DNA of 64,000 bases, from positions 2,286,299-2,350,298 of the forward strand of contig OY969577.1 of the NCBI GenBank assembly GCA_963701235.1, written 5' to 3'. Made by a program: the position numbers and the translations under genes. The notes beneath the pieces were generated by a model. It searched no databases. It was not told the origin of the DNA and was given only the letters and a program-made list of their open reading frames with translations. This stretch comes from Candidatus Dormiibacterota bacterium. GTDB lineage: Bacteria > Chloroflexota > Dormibacteria > Aeolococcales > Bog-877. Below, piece after piece: positions 1 through 10,336 of the stretch; the first letter of the stretch is position 1, and every line of letters starts with the position of its first letter.

Positions 1-69
1 TGCTCAAGGTCCCAGTCCCCCACCTGGAAGCTGTCCTGGCCTGTGCCACCCTCCTCGATCAGCGACTGG

Positions 70-888
70 CTAGACCGTTCCCGCCAGAACCGCCATCAGC
101 CTGATCACCTCGTAAGCAACCCGGAAGTCTTCGGCCCGATAGGCAAGTGTCGCCCCGTCCACCCGCCTCACCCCGGGGATGAGCAGGCCGGGCTCGCACA
201 TGGCCTCGCGGTGAAAGGCCACCTCCAATTCCACCGCGCCCTCGAACCTCAGACTCTGCACCTGATCGCGCTGCTCTAGCGCCTTGGGCACGGCCTCCTC
301 GATCAGGCGGCAGGCCTCATCGGGATGGAGCGACTCGGCGGCTCGGGCTCCCAGGGCCGCCTTGACGATGACGGTGGTGACTCCCTGTATCACCTCCTTG
401 GCCTCCTTGGAGACGGTGTCGTCGCCAGCCACGAGCACGACCGGGATCCCCAGGTGCCCGGCCAGGGCCGCATTGAGACCGGTCTCCCCGAGGGACCTGC
501 CCTGGCAGCGGACGTCGGCGATGGCGACTCCGGAGATGGTGTGGGACAGCACCGAGGTCTGGGTTCCCACCTTGCCGTGGTAGCCGATGAAAATCGCCGC
601 CGAGCTGCCCTTCAGGCCGGTCACCATGCCCAGCGGTCGCGGCCTTCCTCGCACCAGCTTGGCCCTCTGATCCAGCACCTCGGGGATGAGATTGGTGAAG
701 GGTCCGTGGGAGTCCGCCACCACTACCTCGGCGTCGGGCTGGTGGAAGAGTGCCCCTCGCACGGCGGCGTTGGCCTCTCTGGTCATCAGGTGACGTCCCC
801 GTTCGTAGTCGGAGGTGCCTGGGGAAACGTCGTCAGGAACCGCCACCCCGGCGATCCCCTCCATGTCCACTGAGATCAAGACCCGCAA
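70..888 (-). CDS. dppA: M55 family D-aminopeptidase (DppA-like)
   Basis: ISVDMEG, DSHG, FIGYH and SHT..GETGLNA motifs of M55 peptidases; 272 aa. Confidence 0.9.
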   Translation of the reverse strand: MRVLISVDMEGIAGVAVPDDVSPGTSDYERGRHLMTREANAAVRGALFHQPDAEVVVADSHGPFTNLIPEVLDQRAKLVRGRPRPLGMVTGLKGSSAAIFIGYHGKVGTQTSVLSHTISGVAIADVRCQGRSLGETGLNAALAGHLGIPVVLVAGDDTVSKEAKEVIQGVTTVIVKAALGARAAESLHPDEACRLIEEAVPKALEQRDQVQSLRFEGAVELEVAFHREAMCEPGLLIPGVRRVDGATLAYRAEDFRVAYEVIRLMAVLAGTV

Positions 889-1159
889 GTCTCCCCTCCT
901 GCTCTTCGGCTACCGGTCGCTTCCAGGATATGCCCGCAACCTAGCCGCGGTCAGGTTTCGCGGGGCTCGTCCGAAAGCTCCCGGGGTCATCGAGGACCGG
1001 GTCCGCCGACTTTGCCAGGGCTGGGAACAGAGTTCGACTGCGGCGGCTATTCCGGCTTGACGGCAGCGCTCATGTGAGGTCGCCCACGCTACCCGGCCAG
1101 AGTTGCGAGGCTAGGTCTTAGGCCTCGTAAACGGTCGGTCCGGTCCGCTCGACCCAAGG

Positions 1160-1396
1160 TCAGCGCCGACCCCCGACGATTAACTCCTGCAGACGGACCT
1201 CGCCCAGAGTGACTCCATGGGGAAAGCGCCGCAACTCGGCGATCGCGTGGTCGACGTCTGGATAGTGGTCATGACCGATCGGCGCCAAGACAGCGATCGG
1301 CGCGCCGTGCTTGGTGATGGTGAACCGATTTCCTGGCTCGACCTCCCGGAGCAGCGTCATGAGGTGAGCCTTGGCCTAATCGGTTCCTACTTCCAT
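1160..1396 (-). pseudogene. Phd/YefM-type antitoxin with in-frame TAG at 1376-1378
   Basis: Reads MEVGTD*AKAHLMTLLREVEPGNRFTITKHGAPIAVL, matching the Phd/YefM pattern EAKxHLxxLLxxVE.G..xTITxHG; no toxin downstream. Confidence 0.7.
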
Positions 1397-1475
1397 CCGA
1401 CTAGCCTCACCTTGTCGTGGCCAGTCTTGCTGCCCCTAGGCTCTGTTGAGCCTAGGGGCTTGGAACCAAATCGAC

Positions 1476-1853
1476 TCAGAAGGGTGGCCGGAGTCCAGCG
1501 AACATTGGGAAGTGGCGGACGTTAAGGGTAGCCAGCTCCAGTCCCTCGCTCAGTGCCGTGGCCGCGACCAGATAATCACCCAGGCCGATCCCTGAATGTG
1601 AGCGTCGGTGGGCTTGCATCAGCTCGGCGGCTCCCCAGGCAACCCTCTCATCGACCGGCCACACCTGGAGACTGGCCAAGAGCCGGGTCACCTGTCTGCG
1701 CTCCTGAATTCGCGTTCCGCCGGCCACCTCAGCGACGCTCACGACGCTGGCGCTGAGCCTCCCCTGCTCGCGTCTGGCCTGCAATAGCCAGTCCCTCGCC
1801 TCCGCTACCCCGCGGAGGTGGGCAATCAGGACATCGCTGTCGACCAGAATCAC
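1476..1853 (-). CDS. vapC: VapC-type PIN domain toxin
   Basis: GTG start, ILVDSDVLI...E...DYLVAATA...LATLNVRHF PIN motifs; overlaps the antitoxin stop (GTGA). Confidence 0.88.
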   Translation of the reverse strand: MILVDSDVLIAHLRGVAEARDWLLQARREQGRLSASVVSVAEVAGGTRIQERRQVTRLLASLQVWPVDERVAWGAAELMQAHRRSHSGIGLGDYLVAATALSEGLELATLNVRHFPMFAGLRPPF

Positions 1854-2101
1854 TGTCCCCGAACCCGATCCAAATGACGGCCACGCGCATCCCGACCTCG
1901 CCACCATCGCGACCCGCCGGCAAGGACTGCAAAGGATTCGGAGATGGCGCGGAGATCGGACTCGAGGTCAGGGGCCACGTCTCCCAGGCCCTGGTCGATC
2001 AAACGGCGCACCAGCTCGGCCCGGGAGACGCCCGCCCTCTCAGACAGCTGACGCAGGGTGGCCGCCTGGCTCTCCTCCAGGTAGATATTGGTACGCTTCA
2101 T
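1850..2101 (-). CDS. CopG/RHH-type antitoxin (VapB-like)
   Basis: MKRTNIYLEE...GVSRAELVRRLID ribbon-helix-helix, directly upstream of the PIN toxin. Confidence 0.85.
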   Translation of the reverse strand: MKRTNIYLEESQAATLRQLSERAGVSRAELVRRLIDQGLGDVAPDLESDLRAISESFAVLAGGSRWWRGRDARGRHLDRVRGQ

Positions 2102-2110
2102 ATACACCAG

Positions 2111-2116
2111 ATTATA
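2111..2116 (-). promoter_or_regulatory. -10 box TATAAT of the toxin-antitoxin operon
   Basis: Perfect TATAAT 9 nt upstream of the ATG at 2101, no SD sequence. Confidence 0.6.
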
Positions 2117-2134
2117 CATCACACCGGTGCGGGT

Positions 2135-3085
2135 TTACCCCGATGCCACGGGGTCAGACCGGGTCTGGGTGGGCATCGCTGAATCGGTCTCGGCCACCAC
2201 GCTCGGGCCTTTTGACAGGGCCTCCTCCAGCGGGTCAAGTGAGAGCCCCTCCTCCAAGTCCTTGGAGATCAGGGAGGCGTAGTGGTCAAGGGTCGTGCTG
2301 GGGCGGGCGTGCCCGAGGGCCTTGGACACGAGGAGGAGCGGCACCCCAGCACGCAGCCACCTGGCGCAGGCGGCATGGCGGAGTTGGTGGGGGCTGGTCT
2401 TGGGGATTCCCGCGCGCTGAGAGCAATCGTCTAGGAGCTCACGGAAGCGCCGTCGACTCAGTCGGCCCTGGCGTGATCGAAAAAGTGGTGCCTGCAGCCC
2501 CTCCTCGAGCCGCTGGGCGATCTCCGCCTCCAACTCCTGGCGCAGAGAGGACGGCAGGGGGATCCACCGCTCGCCGGTCTTGCCCCTGAGCTGGAGCTGC
2601 CCGTCCTTGACGGAACCGAGGTCACAACGGAGCAGCTCGCCCGGCCGCGCCCCGGTGGCCAGCATCAGGGAGACCAGCAGCCTGGTCCGTCGGCTCGAAG
2701 CCGCCGAGATCAATCGCATCTGGTCCTCCAAGGAGAGGGCCGGCTGGGGATGGTGAGGCGGCAGCGGCTGCAAGCGGATCGCCTTGTCCAGCCCTGGTTC
2801 ACACCAGCCGCAGCCCTCCAGGAAACGCAGGAATTGGCGGATCAGCAGGAGGCGGTGGTGACGGGTGGTCGGCGCCAGATAAGCGATCGAGGCTTGGTAC
2901 GAGTAGAGATGAGGAAAGCGAAGCTCTGAGCAGCACTCGACCCCTTCGCGCTCGCAGTGACGGAGCAGGGAGCGCAGTACCCCTCGGTACTCGCTCTTGC
3001 TGCTGTCCTGGTTGGCCGCACTGCTGAACAGCTCGATGGCGAAGAGCAGGCTCCTGTCATCTCGTTCCAGCTCCGCTTCCCCCAC
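2135..3085 (-). CDS. Tyrosine recombinase (XerC/D-like, SAM-like N-domain)
   Basis: Catalytic set: TGARPGEL (R), GKTG (K), HQLRH, LGH, TTLDHY (Y). Confidence 0.88.
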   Translation of the reverse strand: MGEAELERDDRSLLFAIELFSSAANQDSSKSEYRGVLRSLLRHCEREGVECCSELRFPHLYSYQASIAYLAPTTRHHRLLLIRQFLRFLEGCGWCEPGLDKAIRLQPLPPHHPQPALSLEDQMRLISAASSRRTRLLVSLMLATGARPGELLRCDLGSVKDGQLQLRGKTGERWIPLPSSLRQELEAEIAQRLEEGLQAPLFRSRQGRLSRRRFRELLDDCSQRAGIPKTSPHQLRHAACARWLRAGVPLLLVSKALGHARPSTTLDHYASLISKDLEEGLSLDPLEEALSKGPSVVAETDSAMPTQTRSDPVASG

Positions 3086-3278
3086 AAGGCGGATGTCCCG
3101 TGGACGGAGTCCGTGGGGTAGGCCGTCGTCAATTTGCCATCCCTACCGGCTCCCGAGGATGCCCCATACCCGCCCAGCTCGTTCCGACTATCGGGAGCAA
3201 CTCTGGGAGAACCAACCACGGCACCGTTCCATAGAATCACCCACTGGCCCATCAACTCTCGGACAGGAGGGCGAAGCC

Positions 3279-3757
3279 ATGACGCCGACGAAAGCCGCAA
3301 CCAAGACCAAGTCGATATCGGGGAAGCGCACCGGCCCCATCGGCAGAGCATCCCAGGGATTCAGCGCCGACGAAAAAGCCGCGATGCGCGAGCGTGCCCG
3401 CGAACTGAAAGCGGAAGCGGCCAAGGCGGACGGGGAGGCTGAAGCACTGGCGGCGATCGCCAAGATGGAGGAACCGGCTCGCTCCATGGCCAAGAAGCTC
3501 CACGCCCTCATCAAAGCCACCGCGCCAGCACTGGCGGCGAAAACCTGGTACGGAATGCCCTCCTACAGCAAGGACGGCAGTGTCGTCTGTTTTTCAAGAA
3601 CGCGGGGAAGTTCAATACGCGGTATTCGACGCTGGGCTTCAGCGACAAGGCGAAGCTGGACGCAGGCACCATGTGGCCGACCGAATTCGCTCTGACCAAG
3701 TTCACTCCCGCCGACGAGGCCAAGATCGCCGCATTGGTGAAGAAAGCAGCGCGCTGA
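3279..3757 (+). pseudogene. DUF1801/YdhG-like protein with a frameshift at the T-run near 3590-3594
   Basis: [13 protein letters not shown]...[16 protein letters not shown] continues in another frame as [28 protein letters not shown]; one extra T restores the ORF. Confidence 0.8.
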
Positions 3758-3856
3758 AACGGCCCCAGGGAGGGGACTGCCGCTGCCAATGATCGTTCCG
3801 ATACCAAGGTGAGTAGCTCCCAGCTCGGCAACGTAGAATCTAGGCGGGCATCGGGA

Positions 3857-4459
3857 TCAGCGAATGACGCGGAACCGGATGTGGGTGGCCTCAGGCGTGT
3901 CGATCACTTGCACTATCTCCAACTCGATACGCGATGGCAGCACGTCGAACAGACGCCGACCACTCCCAAATAGCACAGGTATCTGGTGTAGTTGCAACTC
4001 GTCAAGTACACCAGCCTCGAGTGCCCGTTGCGCCGTGTACGCGCCGTGCACCAACACGTTCCGGTCGCCTGCAGCCGCTTTCGCCTGTGCCATCGCGCTG
4101 GCAATCCCATCGGCAACATAGGTGACCAACGGATAGTTTGCGACGGACGGGCCGGGCGGCCGGTGACTGGGTACGAAGATCGGGACCCCGTGATGATCAC
4201 CCTTCCAGTGATCGACCTGCTCCACGGTGCGGCGTCCTGCTAGGACCGCTCCGGTGGCGTTGACTTCGTCAATAAAATGCTGGCCCATCCCCGGTTGCTG
4301 GATGGATTTCAGGTCCGACGTGTCGGGACCGTTAGGACCGAACCCGTACCAATCATGCAGCCGCATGAATTGGTCTCCGCCGGGGTTGGCCGGCTCGTCA
4401 TTGGGACCTGCGATGTACCCGTCGAGGGACATCGACATGTCGAGCACCGATATAGACAT
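3857..4459 (-). CDS. Dihydrofolate reductase / RibD C-terminal family protein
   Basis: MSMSLDGYIAGP, GRRT, LDELQLHQIPVLFGSGRRLF. Confidence 0.88.
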   Translation of the reverse strand: MSISVLDMSMSLDGYIAGPNDEPANPGGDQFMRLHDWYGFGPNGPDTSDLKSIQQPGMGQHFIDEVNATGAVLAGRRTVEQVDHWKGDHHGVPIFVPSHRPPGPSVANYPLVTYVADGIASAMAQAKAAAGDRNVLVHGAYTAQRALEAGVLDELQLHQIPVLFGSGRRLFDVLPSRIELEIVQVIDTPEATHIRFRVIR

Positions 4460-4573
4460 TGGACACTATCTCCAGTTCCGGTTCTCCAGAAGTTTGGTCT
4501 AGCGAGACGATCGAGCACCCTCATCACGGGGCCAGGTGGTGCCCTCCACCCGGCCACCACTATCTTGGGACTG

Positions 4574-5656
4574 ATGAGACGGCTGCTTGATCAGGCGACG
4601 CTGCCCCTTCTGGCTCGCGGGTGCGGGGTGCTGGGCACGGGCGGAGGAGGCGACCCGTCGGTAGGTCTGATGATGGTGCTGCAGGCTGTCGGGGACTACG
4701 GGCCGGTCCCACTGATCGGCCTCGACGAGCTGGACGACGAGGCCTTGATCATGCCCTGCGGATCAGTCGGGGCTCCCACGGTCGGCATCGAGAAGATCGA
4801 CAACGGCGACGAGGGCGGCCGCCTGCGCGACCGGCTGGAGGCCATCTGGCAGCGTCCAGTCGCAGCGCTGATGCCCTCCGAGATTGGCGGTTCCAATGGT
4901 TTGATACCGGTGGTCTGGGCGACTCGGCTCAGGCTCCCTGTGGTGGACGCCGACTGCATCGGCCGGGCTTTCCCAGAGCTTCAGCAGTCAACTCTGGAGC
5001 TGGCCGGCATCTCCCCGACACCGGGAGTCATGACCGACGAGCGCGGCAACCTGGTGGAATTCCACGCTCAGGACGGCTTCTGGCTGGAGCGGCTGGGGCG
5101 GGCGGCCACGGTGGTTTTCGGGGGCTCATCGGCCTCCACTGAGTACACCCTCACCGCCGGCCAGGCCAGATCCGCCGTGGTTCTGGACTCGGTGTCCTTG
5201 GCGATCCGGATCGGGAGTTTGATCGGCCAGGCGGCCGAGGACCCGGTGGCGACGCTGATCGAGGCGCTGCCGGCGTTCAAGCTGATCGTGGGCAAGGTGG
5301 TCGATGTCGAGCGCCGGACCACCCAGGGATTCGTCCGAGGCTCGGCGCTGGTGGAGGGGCTAGGCCCGGACCGCGACCGTGTCATTCGCATTGAGATCCA
5401 AAACGAGAACCTGGTCGCATTGGAGGGAGCTCGCGTGCTCTGCTCGGTCCCAGACCTGATCACGGTGTTGGACTCGGAGACGGCCGACTCGGTCCCTACC
5501 GAGCGCCTTCGTTACGGTCAGCGGGTCACCGTGATCGGCTTCGCCTGCGCCCCCGCCTGGCGCACCGCCCCGGGACTGGCCCTGGCCGGACCACGCCCCT
5601 TCGGGTACGACTTCGACTACCGGCCCGTGGAAGAGCTGGCCCGTGCCCGCGATTGA
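4574..5656 (+). CDS. DUF917 family protein
   Basis: LGTGGGGDP, GAPT, EIGGSNG, DADCIGRAFPELQ, QNENL, PDLI motifs; start placed at ATG 4574 after TATCTT. Confidence 0.88.
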   Translation: MRRLLDQATLPLLARGCGVLGTGGGGDPSVGLMMVLQAVGDYGPVPLIGLDELDDEALIMPCGSVGAPTVGIEKIDNGDEGGRLRDRLEAIWQRPVAALMPSEIGGSNGLIPVVWATRLRLPVVDADCIGRAFPELQQSTLELAGISPTPGVMTDERGNLVEFHAQDGFWLERLGRAATVVFGGSSASTEYTLTAGQARSAVVLDSVSLAIRIGSLIGQAAEDPVATLIEALPAFKLIVGKVVDVERRTTQGFVRGSALVEGLGPDRDRVIRIEIQNENLVALEGARVLCSVPDLITVLDSETADSVPTERLRYGQRVTVIGFACAPAWRTAPGLALAGPRPFGYDFDYRPVEELARARD

Positions 5657-7208
5657 CCTCCGCCTGGGCATCGATGTCGGCGGCACCAACACTGACGCTG
5701 TGGTGATGGACCGGGACGACCAGCTCCTGGCCAAGGCCAAGGTGCCCGGGACGCCTGATGTAACCGGTGGCATCGACGCCGCCATCGCCGCCGTGCTCCA
5801 GGCGCCTGGAGTTGAACCTCAACGAATAACCCACGCCATGCTCGGCACCACCCACGCTACCAACGCCATCCTCGAGCGCCGACAGTTGGGCCGAGTCGCG
5901 GTCGTCCGGATCGGCAGCCCGGCGACCCACGCCGTGCGCCCGCTCTTCGGCTGGCCCGAGGATCTAAGGCAGGTGGTCTCGGTGGGCGAGACCATCGTCG
6001 GCGGGGGGATCGAGTTTGACGGCCGCGACATCGCCCCCTTCGATGGTCCGGCGCTGGCTCGGTTCCTGGGCGAGGTTGGCTCCAAGGCCGACGCGGTTGC
6101 CATCACCTGCGTCTTCTCGCCGGTCTCGCCCCGACATGAGCTGGAGGCTGAGGAGGTGGTCAGGCGCGAGCTTGGTCCGATCCAGGTTTCGCTGAGCCAC
6201 CTGGTCGGCTCGTTGGGTCTGCTCGAGCGCGAGAACGCCACCGTTCTAAATGCTGCCCTGATCGGGGTCGCCCGGGCGGTGACCGAGGCGGTGCGGACCT
6301 CGCTGCGGTCACGGGGATTGGACCCGGTCACGTTCTTCGCTCAGAACGACGGCACCCTGATGGCCCTGGACTACGCCGCCCAGTACCCGGTGCTGACCAT
6401 CGGCAGCGGGCCTGCCAACAGCATCAGGGGGGCGGGGTTCCTGACCGGGTCAAAAGACGCGGTCGTGCTCGACGTCGGGGGGACCTCCAGCGATGTGGGC
6501 GTCCTGGTGGGCGGGTTTCCCCGCCAGTCATCGCAGGGGGTCGAGGTGGGCGGGGTCCGGACCAACTTCCGCATGCCCGACCTAGTCACGCTCGCGATCG
6601 GGGGCGGCACCGTCGTCCACCAGAAGGGGGACGACCTGGATCTGGGCCCGCAGAGCGTCGGCTACCGGATCCAGCAGCAGGCGCTGGCCTTCGGCGGCAC
6701 CACAACGACCCTCACCGACGCCGCGGTCTCTGCCGGCAGAGCCGATCTCGGCACCCATCCCATACCAGCCTCATTCCAGCCGCTGGCAGGCCGGGCGCTG
6801 GCCTTGTCGGATCAGCGCCTGGCGGATGCCATCGATCGAGTCAAGACCTCGAGGGCCGATTGCCTTCTGATCGCTGTTGGTGGCGGTAGCGTGCTGTTAC
6901 CGGAGAGCCTGCCAGGCGTCAGCGAGATCCATCGGCCGGAGCACTTCGACGTGGCCAATGCCATCGGAGCGACCATAGCCAAGGTCAGCGGCCAGGTGGA
7001 TCGCATCGCCCAGATTGGCCCGGGCGGCAGGGAGGAGGCACTCCGCAAGGCCTCAGAGGAGGCGCGGGAGCAGGCGATACTGGCCGGTGCCGATCCGGGC
7101 AAAGTCGAGATCGTCGAGATCGAGGAGATCCCGATGGCGTACATGACCAACCCCGCGCTGCGGGTTAGGATCAAGGCGGTCGGCGACCTCGGGACTAGCG
7201 CCACATGA
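5643..7208 (+). CDS. Hydantoinase/oxoprolinase family protein
   Basis: GIDVGGTNTD, GTTHATNA, ERENATVLNA, SGPANS, DVGGTSSD; overlaps the DUF917 gene. Confidence 0.92.
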   Translation: MPAIDLRLGIDVGGTNTDAVVMDRDDQLLAKAKVPGTPDVTGGIDAAIAAVLQAPGVEPQRITHAMLGTTHATNAILERRQLGRVAVVRIGSPATHAVRPLFGWPEDLRQVVSVGETIVGGGIEFDGRDIAPFDGPALARFLGEVGSKADAVAITCVFSPVSPRHELEAEEVVRRELGPIQVSLSHLVGSLGLLERENATVLNAALIGVARAVTEAVRTSLRSRGLDPVTFFAQNDGTLMALDYAAQYPVLTIGSGPANSIRGAGFLTGSKDAVVLDVGGTSSDVGVLVGGFPRQSSQGVEVGGVRTNFRMPDLVTLAIGGGTVVHQKGDDLDLGPQSVGYRIQQQALAFGGTTTTLTDAAVSAGRADLGTHPIPASFQPLAGRALALSDQRLADAIDRVKTSRADCLLIAVGGGSVLLPESLPGVSEIHRPEHFDVANAIGATIAKVSGQVDRIAQIGPGGREEALRKASEEAREQAILAGADPGKVEIVEIEEIPMAYMTNPALRVRIKAVGDLGTSAT

Positions 7209-9058
7209 CACAAGTCGGGGGAGGGAAGCCAAAGATGGCTAGGGTAGGGATCTCGATCCGGGCGCTAATTGCCGGCGCCGTCTCGCTGCTGGTTGTGGCC
7301 TTGGCCCTAGCCGGCTATGGCGGCAGCGCCACACCGGCGCGCACGGTTGCCAAGAGCACGAGCATCGCGACGGCGACCTTCGCCATGCAGCCCAATAACT
7401 TCCCCACCTACATATTCCCTCTGGTCAGCGCCCAGTTCTTCACCCTGGTCAACGAGGACCAGTTCGAGTGGATCATCTACCGTCCCCTCTACTGGTTCGG
7501 CCAGAACGGCACCACCGCCTACAGCGCCAGTGAGAGCCTGGCCGACTACCCCAAGTTCTCGGTGAACTCGGCCGGGGACACGGTGGCCACGGTCACCCTC
7601 AAGCACTGGGTCTGGTCGGACGGCCAGCCGGTGACGTCGCGCGACATCGAGTTCTGGATGAACCTCTTGATGGCCAACAAGGCGGACTGGGGCGTCTATG
7701 TCCCGGGGGCCTGGCCCGACATCATCTCCTCGCTGACCTACCCCAACTCCAGCTCGTTCAGCATCACCTTCAACGCCAAGTACAACACCGACTGGCTCTT
7801 CGAGAACGAGATGAGCCAGATCTTCCCCCTTCCCCAGCACGTCTGGGACAAGACCTCGGCCTCGGGCCCGGTCGGCGACTACGACCTCACCAGCGCCGGG
7901 GCCCAGGCGGTCTACGGCTTCCTCAACAACGAGTCTCACGACGTCGCCAGCTACGGCAGCAACCCGCTCTGGAAGATCGCCGACGGTCCCTGGATGCTCA
8001 AGGCCTACTCCCCCGCCACCGGCTACACCGTGCTCAGTAAAAATCCCCGCTACCCCGGGCCCAGCACCGGCAAGGTCCAGACCTTCGAGGAAGAGCCCTT
8101 CACCAGCGACGCCGCCGAGTTCGACGCCTTGCGCACCGGCTCCCTGGACGTGGGCTACCTACCCCCCTCTGACACCTCCCAGATCTCATATCTCAAGGCC
8201 CACGGCTACTCGGTCAGCCCCTGGTGGGAGTGGAACTTCAACTACATCAGCATCAACTTCGACAACCCCACGGTCGGGCCGATATTCAAGCAGCTCTACT
8301 TCCGCCAGGCCCTGCAGTCCCTGGTCGACCAGACCAGCTACGTCAAAAACATCTACAAGGGCTACGCCAAGCCCACCTACGGGCCGGTCCCGACCACGGT
8401 CCAAAACAGCTTCGTCTCCCCCGAGGCCAGGACCAACCCCTATCCCTACAGCCTCTCCCACGCCAAGGAGCTGCTCAGTTCCCATGGCTGGGCCGTCCAC
8501 AGCAACTCGGCCAGCACCTGCCAGAAGCAGGGCAACGGCTCCGGGGAGTGCGGCGCCGGCATTAGCCGCGGGCAGCACCTCTCCTTCAAGCTGCTCTTCG
8601 CCACCGGCTCGGTGGCGACCGCCGACGAGATGGCGGCGTTGCGCTCCAGCGCCTCCCAGGCGGGGATTGACCTGACCGTGGTTCAGCAACCCTTCGGCAC
8701 CGTCACCACCACCATCTACTCCTGCGATGCCGCAACCGGGGCCGGCTGCCAGTGGGAGATGGGAGCCGACTCGGGCTGGGAGTACTACGCCTACCCCAGT
8801 GGCGAGCAGCTCTTCAAGAACGGCGGCTCGGGCAACAGCGGCGCCTACAGCAATGCCCAGGCCGACAAGCTGATCAAGGCGACCCTGACCCAGCCTGGCC
8901 TCTCGCCCATGTACACCTACGAGAACTACCTGCAGAAGCAGCTGCCGGTTATCTACCTGCCCACCCCCGCCTACCAGATCACCGTCTACAAGACCAATCT
9001 CAAGGGGGTACTGCCTCAGGATCCCTCGCTCAATCTCTACCCGGAGCGCTGGAGCTAG
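7205..9058 (+). CDS. Peptide/nickel-type ABC solute-binding protein (family 5)
   Basis: Signal peptide, WSDGQPVTSRD, RQALQSLVD; paralogous to 51549-53354. Confidence 0.88.
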   Translation: MTQVGGGKPKMARVGISIRALIAGAVSLLVVALALAGYGGSATPARTVAKSTSIATATFAMQPNNFPTYIFPLVSAQFFTLVNEDQFEWIIYRPLYWFGQNGTTAYSASESLADYPKFSVNSAGDTVATVTLKHWVWSDGQPVTSRDIEFWMNLLMANKADWGVYVPGAWPDIISSLTYPNSSSFSITFNAKYNTDWLFENEMSQIFPLPQHVWDKTSASGPVGDYDLTSAGAQAVYGFLNNESHDVASYGSNPLWKIADGPWMLKAYSPATGYTVLSKNPRYPGPSTGKVQTFEEEPFTSDAAEFDALRTGSLDVGYLPPSDTSQISYLKAHGYSVSPWWEWNFNYISINFDNPTVGPIFKQLYFRQALQSLVDQTSYVKNIYKGYAKPTYGPVPTTVQNSFVSPEARTNPYPYSLSHAKELLSSHGWAVHSNSASTCQKQGNGSGECGAGISRGQHLSFKLLFATGSVATADEMAALRSSASQAGIDLTVVQQPFGTVTTTIYSCDAATGAGCQWEMGADSGWEYYAYPSGEQLFKNGGSGNSGAYSNAQADKLIKATLTQPGLSPMYTYENYLQKQLPVIYLPTPAYQITVYKTNLKGVLPQDPSLNLYPERWS

Positions 9059-9077
9059 GCCGTACAAGGTTTTCTGT

Positions 9078-9371
9078 ATGAGGACGACGGTAAATCTGGA
9101 CCCGGATGTGGCGGCAGCGGTGGCCGAGCTGCGCCGGCAGCACACTTTGGGTTTGAGCCAGGCGATCAACCAACTAGTCCGAAAGGGGTTGCGGGCCCAG
9201 CCGGCCTCCGCCAGATTCCATCAGCGCACCGCCCATCTGGGACTGCGGTTGGATGTCACCCAGGTGCCAGGAGCCCTGGAGCTGCTGGAGGCTAGACCGA
9301 GTGGCGCATCCACACGTTGGGCTCCCAGTACTCACCAGAGTCGGCATCGCGATCCACCCTCAAGGTGGTGA
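9078..9371 (+). CDS. VapB-like antitoxin, orphan
   Basis: MRTTVNLDPDVAAAVAELRR..LGLSQAINQLVRKG; no PIN gene follows; the tail beyond about 9295 overlaps the next gene. Confidence 0.7.
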   Translation: MRTTVNLDPDVAAAVAELRRQHTLGLSQAINQLVRKGLRAQPASARFHQRTAHLGLRLDVTQVPGALELLEARPSGASTRWAPSTHQSRHRDPPSRW

Positions 9372-10014
9372 GTCCACCGGGGAACCAGTACTCCCCGCTC
9401 TTGGGAAAGGCCATCTCGGTCCACCCCTCCCACTCGGCGACGCTGCCGCGGATCTTCAGTGACTTGGGTTCAGGCTTCAGGACGGCGGCCCCGAGCTTCT
9501 CGTGGACCCGCATCCAGGGGTCGAATAGGGACCCGTCAGGCCGCCTCCAGGTCGCGTACTCCTCGATCGCCACAAGGGGATAACGGTCCTTCCAGCTGGG
9601 CCGGACGGGAGCGATCAGGGCGCCTAGGCCATGACGCTGGGCCAGCTCGCGCCTGGCCGAGACGGCCAGGGCGCTGAGACCGCGGCCCTGGAGATCCCGG
9701 GGGATCATGATGACGAGGGCGCAGAGGACATTGGCGCCCCCCTCATCGAAACCGCGGGCGATGGCGCCGTCGATCCCGGACGGGAGGTCCTCCAGGCTGC
9801 CGTCCCAGCGCAGCGGCAGCGACCGCGCCCGGGCCAGGATCTCGTCGTCATCCTCAATCAGGTGAAATTGGAACTCGGGGCGCTCTGGAACCAGCCGGCC
9901 CCAGTAGCGGCTCAGAACCTCGCCGTGATTGTTGTACTCGGGGATGACATCTTGTGTCCGCTCCCATCCAGGCTCGGTCAGGTCGGGCCGCTCGTCCACG
10001 GTCACCACCTTCAT
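9292..10014 (-). CDS. GNAT-like N-acetyltransferase
   Basis: QGRGLS acetyl-CoA motif, APVRP, RRPDGSLFDPWMRVH; start placed at MKVVTVDERPDL. Confidence 0.75.
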   Translation of the reverse strand: MKVVTVDERPDLTEPGWERTQDVIPEYNNHGEVLSRYWGRLVPERPEFQFHLIEDDDEILARARSLPLRWDGSLEDLPSGIDGAIARGFDEGGANVLCALVIMIPRDLQGRGLSALAVSARRELAQRHGLGALIAPVRPSWKDRYPLVAIEEYATWRRPDGSLFDPWMRVHEKLGAAVLKPEPKSLKIRGSVAEWEGWTEMAFPKSGEYWFPGGLTTLRVDRDADSGEYWEPNVWMRHSV

Positions 10015-10129
10015 CCCGCCCGTGATGATGACGCAGAGCTCGCTGGCATGGCTGTACCACGAGAGCCCAGCGGGACCACCCCGCGCGCCCATCCGACCCA
10101 AAGTCTGGACTGTGGTGTACGGTATGTGT

Positions 10130-10336
10130 ATGGCTCGCACCAACCTTGACCTGGACGAGAAGGCCTGCGCCGCGGTAATGAGGCGCTACGACCTGCCCAG
10201 TAAACGCGCCGCGGTCAACTTCGCTCTCCGCCAGCTGGCGGCCGAAATCTCGGTAGAAGAGGCGCGAGCGCTGAGGGGGTCGGGCTGGGAGGGCGACCTG
10301 CCTGATCTCCGCCAGAGCCGGCTCAGCCCAACTTGA
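10130..10336 (+). CDS. vapB: VapB antitoxin
   Basis: MARTNLDLDE...SKRAAVNFALRQL...GWEGDL; overlaps the vapC start. Confidence 0.85.
   Translation: MARTNLDLDEKACAAVMRRYDLPSKRAAVNFALRQLAAEISVEEARALRGSGWEGDLPDLRQSRLSPT

Noticed and set aside
2135-3085. Integron integrase with TA cassettes
   Set aside because: No IntI-specific insertion apparent before HxLR, and no recurring attC sites recognised by eye
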